NCBI GenBank assembly: GCA_963700285.1
Contig: CAVOXA010000006.1
Location: 96,001-160,000, forward strand
Direction of reading: 5' to 3'
Origin: an uncultured Chloroflexia bacterium
GTDB lineage: Bacteria > Chloroflexota > Anaerolineae > JAAYZQ01
Length of the DNA stretch: 64,000 nt
Of the stretch, positions 9,703 to 19,009 are shown piece by piece. The notes below the pieces were generated by a model. The model had not been told where the DNA came from, searched no databases, and saw only the letters and a list, made by a program, of their open reading frames with translations. Positions within the stretch are counted from its first letter, which is position 1. Each line of letters opens with the position of its first letter. A program made the translations under genes and the position numbers.

Positions 9703-10725
9703 CTATTCCTGTGGCTCCTCTGGCTGCCCACCGTTGGGGGCAAGCACAGGTGCCAGATCGGGCGCATCCATCTCTTTGCGTACCAGCGAAATGAATGCCT
9801 CCTCCATCCGGGGCCTGGTCTGGCGAATGCCGATGACCCCGATGCCCTCCGCCTGGAGCGCGCCAAGCAATGGCTCCCGGCATTCGGCCGCGCTGTCCAC
9901 AAAGACGTGGAGCAGATCGCCGTAGGTCTGGACCTCCAGCACGCCATCTAGCTGACTGACCGCTTCCTCAGCCCGGCGCAGATCCAGAGTTCGTAGCTCC
10001 ATCAATTCGCCAGGTACCAGACTCTTGATCTGGGCCGGTGTGTCGCAGACAATGATCCTGCCCTCGTACATCAGGCCCACGCGCGAGCAGCGCTCCGCCT
10101 CATCCATGTAGGGCGTACTGACAAAGATGGTGATGCCCTGCAGGTGCAGGTCCGACAGAATGTCCCAGAATTCCCGGCGGCTCACCGGGTCCACGCCGGT
10201 GGTCGGCTCGTCCAGAAAGATCACCTCTGGCTCGTGAATGAGTGTGCAGGCCAGGGCCAGCTTTTTCTGCATACCACCGGACAGATGTGCCGCCCTTCTC
10301 TTTCGGAACTCGGTAAGATCTGCAAAGCGCAGCAAGCGTTCCTTGCGCTCCCGGCGCTCGCGGCCCCGTACCTGAAAGACATCGGCGAAAAAGTCCAGGT
10401 TCTCTGTCACCGACAGATCGCCGTAGAGGTTGAAGCGTTGGGCCATGTATCCAATGCGGCGCTTGATCTGCTCCGGTTCGGAGACTGTATCAAAGCCGGC
10501 CACCTTGGCCCAGCCCCCCGTGGGATCCATGATGGCGCACAACATGCGGATGGTGGTCGTTTTTCCGGCGCCATCAGGCCCGACCAGGCCAAAGATCTCG
10601 CCCCGCCTCACTGCCAGGCTTAACCCATCCACCGCCGTGACGCTCTTGAAGCGCCGGCTCAGATTGTCCATCTCGATGACCGGGTCGTCTATCGCCATTT
10701 CTGGTTCCACTGACAGGTTCTCCAT
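9703..10725 (-). CDS. ABC-2 exporter ATP-binding protein (YbhF-like)
   Basis: GPDGAGKTT, LSGGMQKK, FLDEPT, STPYMDEAE. Confidence 0.93.
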   Translation of the reverse strand: MENLSVEPEMAIDDPVIEMDNLSRRFKSVTAVDGLSLAVRRGEIFGLVGPDGAGKTTTIRMLCAIMDPTGGWAKVAGFDTVSEPEQIKRRIGYMAQRFNLYGDLSVTENLDFFADVFQVRGRERRERKERLLRFADLTEFRKRRAAHLSGGMQKKLALACTLIHEPEVIFLDEPTTGVDPVSRREFWDILSDLHLQGITIFVSTPYMDEAERCSRVGLMYEGRIIVCDTPAQIKSLVPGELMELRTLDLRRAEEAVSQLDGVLEVQTYGDLLHVFVDSAAECREPLLGALQAEGIGVIGIRQTRPRMEEAFISLVRKEMDAPDLAPVLAPNGGQPEEPQE

Positions 10726-10746
10726 TCGGCTATCGGCCCACAGCCC

Positions 10747-11883
10747 TCAAGGTGCCTCGATCTCTGCGGAAGCGAATATCCGGATGGGCGGCGACGCCAG
10801 GATCGCGCCTTCCGGGCACTGTTTCACGCAGGCCGTGCACTGCTCACAAGCTTCCGGATCCGCCACCCATGCCTTCTGGCGGCCGTCCAGATGGTACAAC
10901 TCAAAAACCGCCTTGGGACAGACCTCCACACAGGTCAGACAGCCTCTGCAAGCCGAACGATCCACCTGCAAGGCAAAATGCTCGTCCAGATCGTAGCCGA
11001 ACTTGGCCCAGATCTTGAGCACCCAGGGCCACTTGCGGCCCCAGAAGGCTACGGTGGAACCGGCGTACAGCGGGCTAGATCCGTCGAGGTCAAAACCCAG
11101 GATCAAAGCCACGGCCAGAATGGTCAGGCTCCAGCCCACGATACTTGCCGGCGTCCAGTTGCCAAGCAACAGCCCGTAGGCCGTGACGCCGGCAACGCCA
11201 ACAAGGCCCAGCAGCAACGTCTTGACCAGGCCCACCGCTCCCGGCACCAGGTGCATCACCGGTTCGTAGAAGACAAAAACGAGGAGCGTAAAACCCCATA
11301 TCACGGCCAGAACGCCGGGCAGCGAGCCCAGAGCAAAAATGGCCAGCGGGATAGCGGCCACGATGGACATGGGCGTGGCCCACATGACCGCCATCTCCAA
11401 CCTAGCGCCCAGGGGGTACCTGGCCTGGCGCATGGCCTCCGTTTTCTGATACCCGGCTGCCACATAGTCGGGGATATCCCGAGCGTAGGCCGGCCCAAAG
11501 CGGCACCGCCAGCCGGTCTCCTCCTCCACGCGCACCACGTCAATGCCCGGCGCCGAAAACTGGGGCAAGACCAGGGTCCTGTGCTCCACCTTCTCGGCGA
11601 TGCCGCTGGTCTTTAGGACTGACGTGACCGAATGGGCATTGAGCATGCCCCCACCGGAGGCGCACCAGACGTTGATGCCCTTGCTGGGCGCAACCAACAG
11701 ATAGCAGTCCAGCCCCTTGAGCGCCCGTGTGACACGGATGACCGTCAGCTCAAAATTGCAGGTGAGCAAGACGGGCGAGCCCGGTCCCGGCCGGCCAATG
11801 ACGCGCAGCCCGGTCTCGGTCGAAAACGGGAAGAAGCGGAACATGGTCTGAATGATCGTTTTGACAGCATCAGTTACTATCAC
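10747..11883 (-). CDS. HgcAB-like fusion protein (corrinoid-binding CdhD/HgcA domain + TM helices + 2[4Fe-4S] ferredoxin)
   Basis: SPVLLTCNFELT, cap helix GINVWCASGGG (11647-11673), LVLPQFSAPG, FGPAYARDIP, hydrophobic helices, CRGCLTCVEVCP and CEQCTACVKQCP; GTG 11883 after AAGGGAG. Confidence 0.9.
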   Translation of the reverse strand: MIVTDAVKTIIQTMFRFFPFSTETGLRVIGRPGPGSPVLLTCNFELTVIRVTRALKGLDCYLLVAPSKGINVWCASGGGMLNAHSVTSVLKTSGIAEKVEHRTLVLPQFSAPGIDVVRVEEETGWRCRFGPAYARDIPDYVAAGYQKTEAMRQARYPLGARLEMAVMWATPMSIVAAIPLAIFALGSLPGVLAVIWGFTLLVFVFYEPVMHLVPGAVGLVKTLLLGLVGVAGVTAYGLLLGNWTPASIVGWSLTILAVALILGFDLDGSSPLYAGSTVAFWGRKWPWVLKIWAKFGYDLDEHFALQVDRSACRGCLTCVEVCPKAVFELYHLDGRQKAWVADPEACEQCTACVKQCPEGAILASPPIRIFASAEIEAP

Positions 11884-12601
11884 TTTGACGGCTCCCTTCT
11901 GGACCGCCCCGGTCGTGCGCCCGCCCTGCCTCGATGGCGCCGGCGGGTTGGGCGGGGACGGCAACAACCAAGGTCAGCGTCCCACCCAGATACTGCCTGC
12001 GGTCCGTGATTTGAAAGCCAGATCCTGCCAGTCTCACCGCCAGGCCCGAGACCTGGCGCGTCGTATTCTGTGTCAGCACAAAGGCCAGGGCCGCAAAGGG
12101 CAGGCGCAAAAGAAAGCTCCCCACGCGTCCTGGAAATGAATCGGGCAACACCTCGTCCGCAATCATGAGGCACCCGCCGGGTCGCAGGATGCGACGGCAC
12201 TGGGCCAGCGTGTAGCCAATCTCGTCCCCTGAGAGTTCACTGAAGACCAGAGAGCTGACGACAGCGTCGAAACTGCCATCGGCAAAGGCAGTATCCAGAT
12301 CGACAGCGCCCATCTCTCGCAGGGACACAAGGTCCGCCAGGCCCGCTTCCCGCACGCGCCGGCTCGCCTGGGCCAGCATCGCCGGCGAGACGTCGATGCC
12401 AGTGACCTGGCATCCCTGCCTGGCCAATCGGAGGGCCAGAGAGCCCGTGCCGCAGCCCACGTCCAGCACCCGGTCACCTGGATCTAGGCGGGCTGCTATG
12501 TCGCTGTATACCCGCTCCAGCCTACCGGCCGTCAGCAGCCGCATCCCCCGGTCGTACCGGTACGGAGCCGTCTCTAGGACTCTCATGTACACGTAGGACA
12601 T
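11870..12601 (-). CDS. cpaM: Class I SAM-dependent methyltransferase, corrinoid protein-associated (CpaM-like)
   Basis: VLDVGCGTG motif I, FDAVVS, ILRPGG; N-terminal YMRVLETAPYRYDRGMRLLT; stop overlaps the HgcAB-like start; symbol recalled from memory, not searched. Confidence 0.8.
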   Translation of the reverse strand: MSYVYMRVLETAPYRYDRGMRLLTAGRLERVYSDIAARLDPGDRVLDVGCGTGSLALRLARQGCQVTGIDVSPAMLAQASRRVREAGLADLVSLREMGAVDLDTAFADGSFDAVVSSLVFSELSGDEIGYTLAQCRRILRPGGCLMIADEVLPDSFPGRVGSFLLRLPFAALAFVLTQNTTRQVSGLAVRLAGSGFQITDRRQYLGGTLTLVVAVPAQPAGAIEAGRAHDRGGPEGSRQSDSN

Positions 12602-12617
12602 CTCAGGAATGAATCTC

Positions 12618-13739
12618 CTAACCTAACCGCTTGCGAAACCGAGCCGCCGACAGGAGCAAGATCGCTACCCCAAAAACCATCATGGCTACCACCTGGGGAT
12701 ACAAGATCTCGAGTCCGACTCCTTTGAGAAATATACCCCGGATAACGACCAACATGTAGCGCAGTGGTACCACGTAGGCAAAGACCTGCAGCCAACCAGG
12801 CATGGCCTCAATGGGAAAGAAAAAGCCTGCCAGGAAGATGGCCGGAAGCATCGTGAGCCAGGTCAACAGCATCGCCTCCTGCTGCGTGTTGGCCACCGTC
12901 GAAATAAAGATGCCAATGCCCAAGGACGTCAGCAAAAAAAGAGCTGACAGACCCAGTAATAGCCCCAGGCTGCCGCGTATCGGCACCCCGAACCAATAGA
13001 CCCCCAGAGCCAGTACCTCCAGAACACCGATAAATGAGACCACAGCATAGGGCACGACCTTGCCTATGATCAGTTCCAGCGAACGAATGGGCGTCACGAT
13101 CAGTTGCTCGATGGTGCCATTCTCCCGTTCGCGGACGATAGCCTGCGCCGTAAAGAGTGCTGTCAGGAAATAGAGGATCATGCCAATGATACCCGGGATC
13201 ATGAAATTCGCACTCTTCATCTCCGGGTTGTACCAGACCCTGGGCCGGACCTGTACGCCGGGCATCGAGTCTGGCTCGATGCCCGTGGTTCGCTCCAGCA
13301 CCTCCATCGAGTAGGCCTGCCCCACCGCCTGCGAGGCGGAAAACACGGTGCTGGCCACACTGGGATCCGAGCCATCAATCACAAAAGCAATCTGGCTCTG
13401 GCCCCCGGCCGCCAGCTTCTCACCATAGCCCGCAGGGATGATCACGCCAGCCCGCACCTTGCCAGCGTCCACCAGGTAGGCCAGTTCGCGCTGTGACCCG
13501 GCGTCAGCGATCACATCAAAGTACTGTGAAGCCTTGTAGGCCTCGATGAGATCGCGGCTTGCCGCCGATTTGTCCTGATCCAGGACCGCCGTACGAAGCT
13601 GGGCGATGTCCGTGGTGGCGGCATAACCCATCAGAAGCAGTTGGATGATGGGCATCAGAAGCATCACGGCCAGGGTGCGCTTGTCGCGCACGATGTGCAA
13701 AAATTCTTTGCGCATGACGGACAGCGTCCGGACGATCAT
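12618..13739 (-). CDS. ABC-2 transporter permease (YbhS/YbhR-like)
   Basis: RKEFLHIVRD, VWYNPE, RERENGTIEQLIVTP, FFFPIEAMP. Confidence 0.92.
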   Translation of the reverse strand: MIVRTLSVMRKEFLHIVRDKRTLAVMLLMPIIQLLLMGYAATTDIAQLRTAVLDQDKSAASRDLIEAYKASQYFDVIADAGSQRELAYLVDAGKVRAGVIIPAGYGEKLAAGGQSQIAFVIDGSDPSVASTVFSASQAVGQAYSMEVLERTTGIEPDSMPGVQVRPRVWYNPEMKSANFMIPGIIGMILYFLTALFTAQAIVRERENGTIEQLIVTPIRSLELIIGKVVPYAVVSFIGVLEVLALGVYWFGVPIRGSLGLLLGLSALFLLTSLGIGIFISTVANTQQEAMLLTWLTMLPAIFLAGFFFPIEAMPGWLQVFAYVVPLRYMLVVIRGIFLKGVGLEILYPQVVAMMVFGVAILLLSAARFRKRLG

Positions 13740-13742
13740 GGT

Positions 13743-14378
13743 CTATTCCCCACTTCCGGGCCGCAGGCCGTCAAACAGCAGTGTTGCCTGGACCTCGGGC
13801 ACCTCGTGCCACCTCGACCGGAGCGGCTCGTCGTCGAGGATGCGCAGGAAGAGCAAACCGATAATCATCGCCTGCACGACACGTACCGTCAAAGGCACAT
13901 CGACCGGCCGGATGTGCCCCAGGTCGATCTGCGCCTGAAAATAGGGTTCCAGGAGCGACGAAATGCGCGAAACGTACTGCTGGTAGAACTGCTGGCGCAG
14001 CTCGGCGTTGACGAAAACCTCCGGCAGGACCGCCTGAAGCATTTCCTGCCCTTCCTGCATACGACCCATGCGCTCCCGGAGCGCAGCGGCAAAGAACGTT
14101 TTGACGTCACCATGCAGAGATTGCATCAACTCGCCAGGCAACCGCTCTAGCTCGGCGATGCGGGACATGATGACCACGAGCAGATGGAGCTTGTTGTCGA
14201 AATAGTTATAGATGGTGCCATCGGCCACGTCGGCCAGCTCGGCGATATCGCGGATGGTGGCCTGGTGAAAGCCCTTCTGGGCAAAAACCGCGGCTGCTGC
14301 GTCGAGGATCCGGGCCTCACGCTCGCGCTTTTGCCGGTCCCGCCGCGACAACGACTGATCCTCCGCTGGATTGCTCAT
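13743..14378 (-). CDS. TetR/AcrR family transcriptional regulator
   Basis: [38 protein letters not shown]; ATG 14378 after GGAGG. Confidence 0.93.
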   Translation of the reverse strand: MSNPAEDQSLSRRDRQKREREARILDAAAAVFAQKGFHQATIRDIAELADVADGTIYNYFDNKLHLLVVIMSRIAELERLPGELMQSLHGDVKTFFAAALRERMGRMQEGQEMLQAVLPEVFVNAELRQQFYQQYVSRISSLLEPYFQAQIDLGHIRPVDVPLTVRVVQAMIIGLLFLRILDDEPLRSRWHEVPEVQATLLFDGLRPGSGE

Positions 14379-14400
14379 AGGAATTGTCCTCCGGCGCTTT

Positions 14401-14464
14401 ATGAATGCTCGTTCAATATTGAATGAACATTCATTATTGTACCACACATCAGGCCGGATGTCAA
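14401..14464 (-). promoter_or_regulatory. Sigma70 promoter with tandem TetR-type operator
   Basis: Minus TTGACA(14459-64)-17-TACAAT(14436-41); palindrome TGAATGAACATTCA at 14420-14433 and related TGAATGCTCGTTCA at 14402-14415. Confidence 0.8.
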
Positions 14465-14523
14465 GGACAATGCAACAGCGCATGCAGCAGAAGCTGATTC
14501 TTAATGTACAATCGAGCAGCCTC

Positions 14524-15651
14524 CTATTCGAGGCGTCTCCGAAGAAAAAGGACCGTGATCACCATAATCACAAAGCCCAAGGCGGCCAGGCTGAGCAGTT
14601 CCCTCCAAAAAACCTCCACCCCTGCCCCCTTGAGCAGGATACCGCGCAAGATCAACAGCCAGTGCTTGATGGGCACAAAGTTGGCGGCGCCCCGCAGGAG
14701 CGGGGGCATGTTCTCCACGGGAAACGCATAGCCGGAAAAGATCATCTCGACCATGATCAGGGAAAAGGCCAGCATCAGCGCCTGGACCTGGGTTCTGGAC
14801 ACGGCAGAAATCATCAGCCCCCATACCATCTCGATGAGCAGGTAGAAAAAGGCAATGAGCAGCAACAAGGACCACGAGCCGCGCATCGGTATCTTGAAGA
14901 CAAAGACGACCATGGCCAGCATGACCAGAAAGTTCAGGTAGGACAGCATCAAAACCGGCAGCGCCTTGCCCAGGATCAGTTCCAGGCTGCGCAGTGGCGT
15001 GACCATAAGCTGCTCCAGTGTGCCCAGCTCCCGCTCGCGGGCGATGCCCAGGGAAGCCAGCATCAGCGCCACGCCGGCCAGCATGAAGCCCAATTCCGAC
15101 GGTACTTCATAGAGGGAGGTCTTGAGTTCCTCATTGAACCAGACGCGGACGTCCAGGCCGATGACCTCTCCCGCTCCCGCTGCCATCGGCCCCAGGCGCT
15201 CCAGCGCGATGTTCTGAGAATAGGTGGCGATGGCCCCCTCGGCGCTCATTTGCACGGCCCGCGCGGCGCTGGGGTCGGCGCCATCCAGGAGGACCTGGAT
15301 CTGGGCCGGTTTGTCGGCGCTGCGCAGCCGCTCTTCAAAGTCTGGCGGGATCAAGATGGCCACCAGGGCCGCCCCACCGTCGACCAAGGCCCGCGCCTCT
15401 TCCTCCCTCTGGACGTAGAAATCGGCGTCAATGGTCTCTGTGTTCTCCAACGCTTGAACCAGCTCCCGGCTGGAGGCCGAAAGGTCGCGGTCCACGACGG
15501 CTGCCGGGATATGCTCGATGTCGCCCGAAGTAGCCCAGGCCACCAGGGTCAACTCGGATATGGGCCCCAACAGCACGAACAACAGGATCAGCTTGTCCCG
15601 CCACAGATGGATCAGCTCTTTGACTGACAGGGTCCAAATGCGCGTTAGCAT
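14524..15651 (-). CDS. ABC-2 transporter permease
   Basis: [38 protein letters not shown]. Confidence 0.92.
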   Translation of the reverse strand: MLTRIWTLSVKELIHLWRDKLILLFVLLGPISELTLVAWATSGDIEHIPAAVVDRDLSASSRELVQALENTETIDADFYVQREEEARALVDGGAALVAILIPPDFEERLRSADKPAQIQVLLDGADPSAARAVQMSAEGAIATYSQNIALERLGPMAAGAGEVIGLDVRVWFNEELKTSLYEVPSELGFMLAGVALMLASLGIARERELGTLEQLMVTPLRSLELILGKALPVLMLSYLNFLVMLAMVVFVFKIPMRGSWSLLLLIAFFYLLIEMVWGLMISAVSRTQVQALMLAFSLIMVEMIFSGYAFPVENMPPLLRGAANFVPIKHWLLILRGILLKGAGVEVFWRELLSLAALGFVIMVITVLFLRRRLE

Positions 15652-15653
15652 GG

Positions 15654-16793
15654 TCAGGTGATCTTTTTCTTAAAGAGCAGGATCGCCAGCCCCATAAAGA
15701 GAAGGCCCATGACCAGCAAGGCCAGGGCAAAGGGCCAGAGGGCATCGATGCCCTGGCCCTTGAGCATCAAGCCCCGGCCGATCATCACAAAGTGCGTGGT
15801 CGGTACCATATAGGCTTCCATCTTCATCAGCGGTTGCATGCTCGCCAGCGGGTAAAAGATGCCCGACAAAAAGAAACCCGGAAAAAAGAAGATCAGAAAG
15901 GCGCCCAGTTGCGCCGCCTGCTGGGTTTTGACAAAGACCGACAGGACCAGGGCGATGGCCAGCGACGCCAGTAAAAAGACGACGGCCAGCACCATGTACA
16001 GGGCAAAACTCCCCTTAAAGGGGGAGCTAAACCAATACACGGCCACGATGACGCATAGGACAATGGCCAGCGTTCCGCTGAGCATATAGGGCAGCAGCTT
16101 GCCCACCAGCAGCTCGGTACGACGGATAGGCGTGGCGATCAACTGCTCCATGGTGCCGTGCTCTTTCTCCTTGGTGAGCGCCATGGTGGTCGTGACCGCC
16201 GGCATGGCCATGACCATGGCGATCAACGCCGGCAAGAAGCCAATGACAGCCTTGAGCGTCGGGTTGTACCAGGTGCGCAGCCGCAGGTCCACGGGTGTGA
16301 GCAAAGCCTCGTCGACGGGCAGCCCTGCCTTTGCCGCCGCCTCGCTGACGATCTCCAGGGCGAACTGCTGCGTGTATCCGCCGATGTGCTGCAGGGCCGT
16401 GTTGGCCGTGAGCGGCTCCGTGCCTTCAACCAGAACCTGCAAGCTGGCTTCGCGTCCGGCATTCAGGTCGGCCCCAAAGCCGGGCGGGATGACGATGGCC
16501 GCCTTGGCCTCGCTGGTCATCAGCCAGTGTTCCAGGTCGTCATAGTCATCGGCCACATACTTGAGCAACACGTCGCCGGTGCCGCCCAGCCCAGCCAGAT
16601 AGCGCCGGGAGAGGATGGTTCCGTCCCGGTCCATGACCGCGACGGCCACGTTCTTGATATCCACCGTGAACGTGTAGGCCATGATGAGAAGCAGCAGCAC
16701 CGGCGAAATGGCCACCAGGATCAAGGTACCCCGGTCACGCATGATGTGGCGCGCCTCTTTGCGGATCACAGCCCAGGTTCGAAGCAGATTCAT
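15654..16793 (-). CDS. ABC-2 transporter permease
   Basis: RKEARHIMRD, TWYNP, KEKEHGTMEQLIATP. Confidence 0.92.
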   Translation of the reverse strand: MNLLRTWAVIRKEARHIMRDRGTLILVAISPVLLLLIMAYTFTVDIKNVAVAVMDRDGTILSRRYLAGLGGTGDVLLKYVADDYDDLEHWLMTSEAKAAIVIPPGFGADLNAGREASLQVLVEGTEPLTANTALQHIGGYTQQFALEIVSEAAAKAGLPVDEALLTPVDLRLRTWYNPTLKAVIGFLPALIAMVMAMPAVTTTMALTKEKEHGTMEQLIATPIRRTELLVGKLLPYMLSGTLAIVLCVIVAVYWFSSPFKGSFALYMVLAVVFLLASLAIALVLSVFVKTQQAAQLGAFLIFFFPGFFLSGIFYPLASMQPLMKMEAYMVPTTHFVMIGRGLMLKGQGIDALWPFALALLVMGLLFMGLAILLFKKKIT

Positions 16794-16800
16794 GGCATCC

Positions 16801-17070
16801 TTAGGACTTGATCTTGCGCATCACCCACAGGCTGATCAGACCCAGCGCAAAGGGATCGAGGGTAGAGCCGAGCACCTTGATCCAGCCGTCCTCGAAGCCA
16901 AGCGCCGGCATGAGATAGTTCCAGGTCAGAAACGACACTACAACCGTGACGACCGTGCAGACCAGGATGTCGCCCACGAGTCCATAGGGGCGCTTGCTCT
17001 TGAAGAGCATGGGCACCAGCCAACCGCCCAGAACGCCCAGCACCAAGGTCACCAGCAGGATGATCAGCAT
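16801..17070 (-). CDS. Small membrane protein (GlsB/YeaQ/YmgE-like)
   Basis: GVLGGWL, PYGLVGDILV, three hydrophobic helices; AGGAGGAG RBS. Confidence 0.7.
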   Translation of the reverse strand: MLIILLVTLVLGVLGGWLVPMLFKSKRPYGLVGDILVCTVVTVVVSFLTWNYLMPALGFEDGWIKVLGSTLDPFALGLISLWVMRKIKS

Positions 17071-17091
17071 CGTTCTCCTCCTATGTCTATC

Positions 17092-17715
17092 TTATGCTCT
17101 GGCCCCGGATTGGGCCAAGAGTCCCTGCAGCAGCGCATCGGTAAATGCCTGGCTGGCCCGGACCACGTCCAGGTCTGGCTTTAACATGGCATAGGCGGCC
17201 AAGCCGTCGTAGGCGGCCATGATGGCCCACACCACACCCTCCGCGTCGACCTGGCGAAACTCACCAGACCGGATGCCATCTTCAACCAGGCCGACAAAAA
17301 GGTCCTTGTACTCGGCGAGCAGATCCATCCACAGCGCAGCGGCTTCCTCGCGACGGGGGCTCGATGCCCAGAATTCGAGGAACATGGTAAAGAGGCGAGA
17401 TCCAGACTCGGCCAGGTCCTCCATGCTGGCGGCCAGGGCCCGCAGTTTGTCCGTGGCAGTTTCGCCCAGCTCGGTAACGGCCAGCGCGCTCTCTGCCAAT
17501 TCCTCCACAAAGGACAGGATGGCCGCCGAGATAAGCTCTTCCTTGCTCTCAAAGTACCAGTAGATGGTTCCCTGGCTGACTCCGGCCTGGGCCGCGACAT
17601 CGGACACGTTGGACGCGTAAAAGCCCTTCTCGCCGAACACGGCGAGGGCGGCATCCAGAATCTGCTTGCGGCGCTCTTCCCGCTGTTGCTCGCGTTTGGT
17701 CATGGATTCAGTCAT
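17092..17715 (-). CDS. TetR/AcrR family transcriptional regulator
   Basis: QILDAALAVFGEKGF...VSQGTIYWYFESKEEL. Confidence 0.93.
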   Translation of the reverse strand: MTESMTKREQQREERRKQILDAALAVFGEKGFYASNVSDVAAQAGVSQGTIYWYFESKEELISAAILSFVEELAESALAVTELGETATDKLRALAASMEDLAESGSRLFTMFLEFWASSPRREEAAALWMDLLAEYKDLFVGLVEDGIRSGEFRQVDAEGVVWAIMAAYDGLAAYAMLKPDLDVVRASQAFTDALLQGLLAQSGARA

Positions 17716-17741
17716 AGACGTCCCTCCGTGATTGGATCCAA

Positions 17742-17792
17742 ACTGACTGACTGGTCAATCAGTATTGTACCACGATCTTGTGCCGTTGTCAA
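17742..17792 (-). promoter_or_regulatory. Sigma70 promoter with TetR-type operator
   Basis: Minus TTGACA(17787-92)-17-TACAAT(17764-69); imperfect palindrome ACTGACTGACTGGTCAATCAGT at 17742-17763. Confidence 0.8.
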
Positions 17793-17858
17793 GTAGCTGG
17801 TATGCCTTGCGGCGTAGCGGTTTCGGTGGAAGTCAGGCTGAGAGGGGTGACCTAGAAC

Positions 17859-17893
17859 CAGACTTCGGAATTCTTCCGAGAATTCGGAAGTCG
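17859..17893. repeat. Short palindromic repeat (GACTTCxGAAGTC family)
   Basis: GACTTCGGAATTC...GAATTCGGAAGTC; relatives at 41240-41273 and 63831-63928. Confidence 0.5.
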
Positions 17894-17904
17894 TTCGGGG
17901 GCGA

Positions 17905-18669
17905 TCAGAGCCCTTGGGTGAGGATCAGCGCGAGCACCATGCAGGCGCAGGCCACCAGAAAAAGCAACAGCCCCAGCAGCAGCCAACTCGGCAGCAGCGC
18001 CCTGGCGGTGACCTCGCCGCGCAGGTCCTTGCGCTGCCTGGTCAGGGACTGAACCCGCAGCAGCAGGGGGTAGCTACGCTCGCCGCCAAGGTATGGGCGC
18101 TGGCGAGGCCAGGCCCGGAACTGGGCCGCGGCTTCCTGCCCAGGGGCCAAGGACAACGTCGGCGGCTGCGGCTGCTCAAAATCGAGTTCGTGATTCAGAC
18201 TCTGGCAGGTCAACGCAAAAACATCCTGCATATTCCCACGGTTCTGCACCGTCACCCGAAACGGCTGTCCTGCAGCCTGCCAGTCCGGGTACAAACGCGT
18301 TCCGAACTCGCAAAAGACTCCCACGGTCAGGACACAGTCCGCCGTCGCCGCCTGGCCGGGAGCGGCAGACTGGCTCTGCGCACGGATCGTGATGCTCCGC
18401 CGGCCAGCCTTGCTCGCAAAGTGGCGCGGCGGCTGGATGGTGAGGGAAGCCTCCCTCTGCTCCCCGGCCGGAACGACCACGAAAGGGGAAGGGGTTGAGA
18501 CCCAGCCCTCAGGCACACCCACCACCGAGAGGTTGTAGGCGTCATCAGCCGGGCCATTGTTGGCCACAATGGGTGCCAGGGTCGTACTGCCCCCCGGTTC
18601 CACCGTGTATTCGGTTGACACAAGGTGCAGGCCGATCCAGCCCGCCGGTGCTCTGCCAGCTTCCGCCAT
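17905..18669 (-). CDS. Hypothetical protein with Ig-like (COG1470/NEW3-like) domains and C-terminal TM anchor
   Basis: Two beta-sandwich-like repeats (V.PG...+.N.G...D.Y/F.L); hydrophobic C-terminus. Confidence 0.65.
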   Translation of the reverse strand: MAEAGRAPAGWIGLHLVSTEYTVEPGGSTTLAPIVANNGPADDAYNLSVVGVPEGWVSTPSPFVVVPAGEQREASLTIQPPRHFASKAGRRSITIRAQSQSAAPGQAATADCVLTVGVFCEFGTRLYPDWQAAGQPFRVTVQNRGNMQDVFALTCQSLNHELDFEQPQPPTLSLAPGQEAAAQFRAWPRQRPYLGGERSYPLLLRVQSLTRQRKDLRGEVTARALLPSWLLLGLLLFLVACACMVLALILTQGL

Positions 18670-18770
18670 TGTGATCCCCTCTTGCGTTGTTCGGCCATGC
18701 GGCCCCGCATCATTTTATCACAGAGCGCCAAGCCTGTCAGATTGGACCACTGCCCGTTCCACAGCAGCCC

Positions 18771-18907
18771 TGGATAGCCGCCTACGCGGGAACGACAAGT
18801 TGCGGGACGGCGTTGGCCTGTCATGCCCGCGCAGGCGGGAATCCATTCTCGCCAAGCCGGTGGATTCCCGCCTGCGCGGGAACGACAAGTTGCGGGACGG
18901 CGTCGGC
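18771..18907. repeat. Three CGTC/GTCA-class REP-like palindromes (GTCATxCCCGCGCAGGCGGGAATCCA)
   Basis: Copies at 18771-18796 (-), 18819-18845 (+), 18861-18886 (-); 47-bp direct duplication with 90-bp period. Confidence 0.8.
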
Positions 18908-18921
18908 GAGCACAAAAACTC

Positions 18922-18981
18922 TTGACACGGCGTGGCATTCATGGTATAATGACCCTCAGTCAGTTACTGACCGGTAGTTCG
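18922..18981 (+). promoter_or_regulatory. Consensus sigma70 promoter with downstream operator
   Basis: TTGACA(18922)-17-TATAAT(18945) with TG; palindrome GTCAGTTACTGAC at 18959-18971. Confidence 0.85.
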
Positions 18982-19009
18982 GTACCTGAGCGAAGGAGGG
19001 AGTGGAGGC

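Noticed and set aside
9644-9883. N-terminal extension of the ABC ATPase (402-aa ORF)
   Set aside because: Overlaps the upstream ATPase and is low complexity; the start at 9643 fits the domain
10747-11883. Bona fide mercury methylation genes hgcA/hgcB
   Set aside because: Fused architecture, cap helix lacking GK and no C-terminal Cys pair; called HgcAB-like only
14371-15627. Long antisense ORFs (also 60111-61523, 61561-62937, 26630-27808, 50717-51811)
   Set aside because: Shadows of real genes on the opposite strand, expected in high-GC DNA; no motifs or RBS
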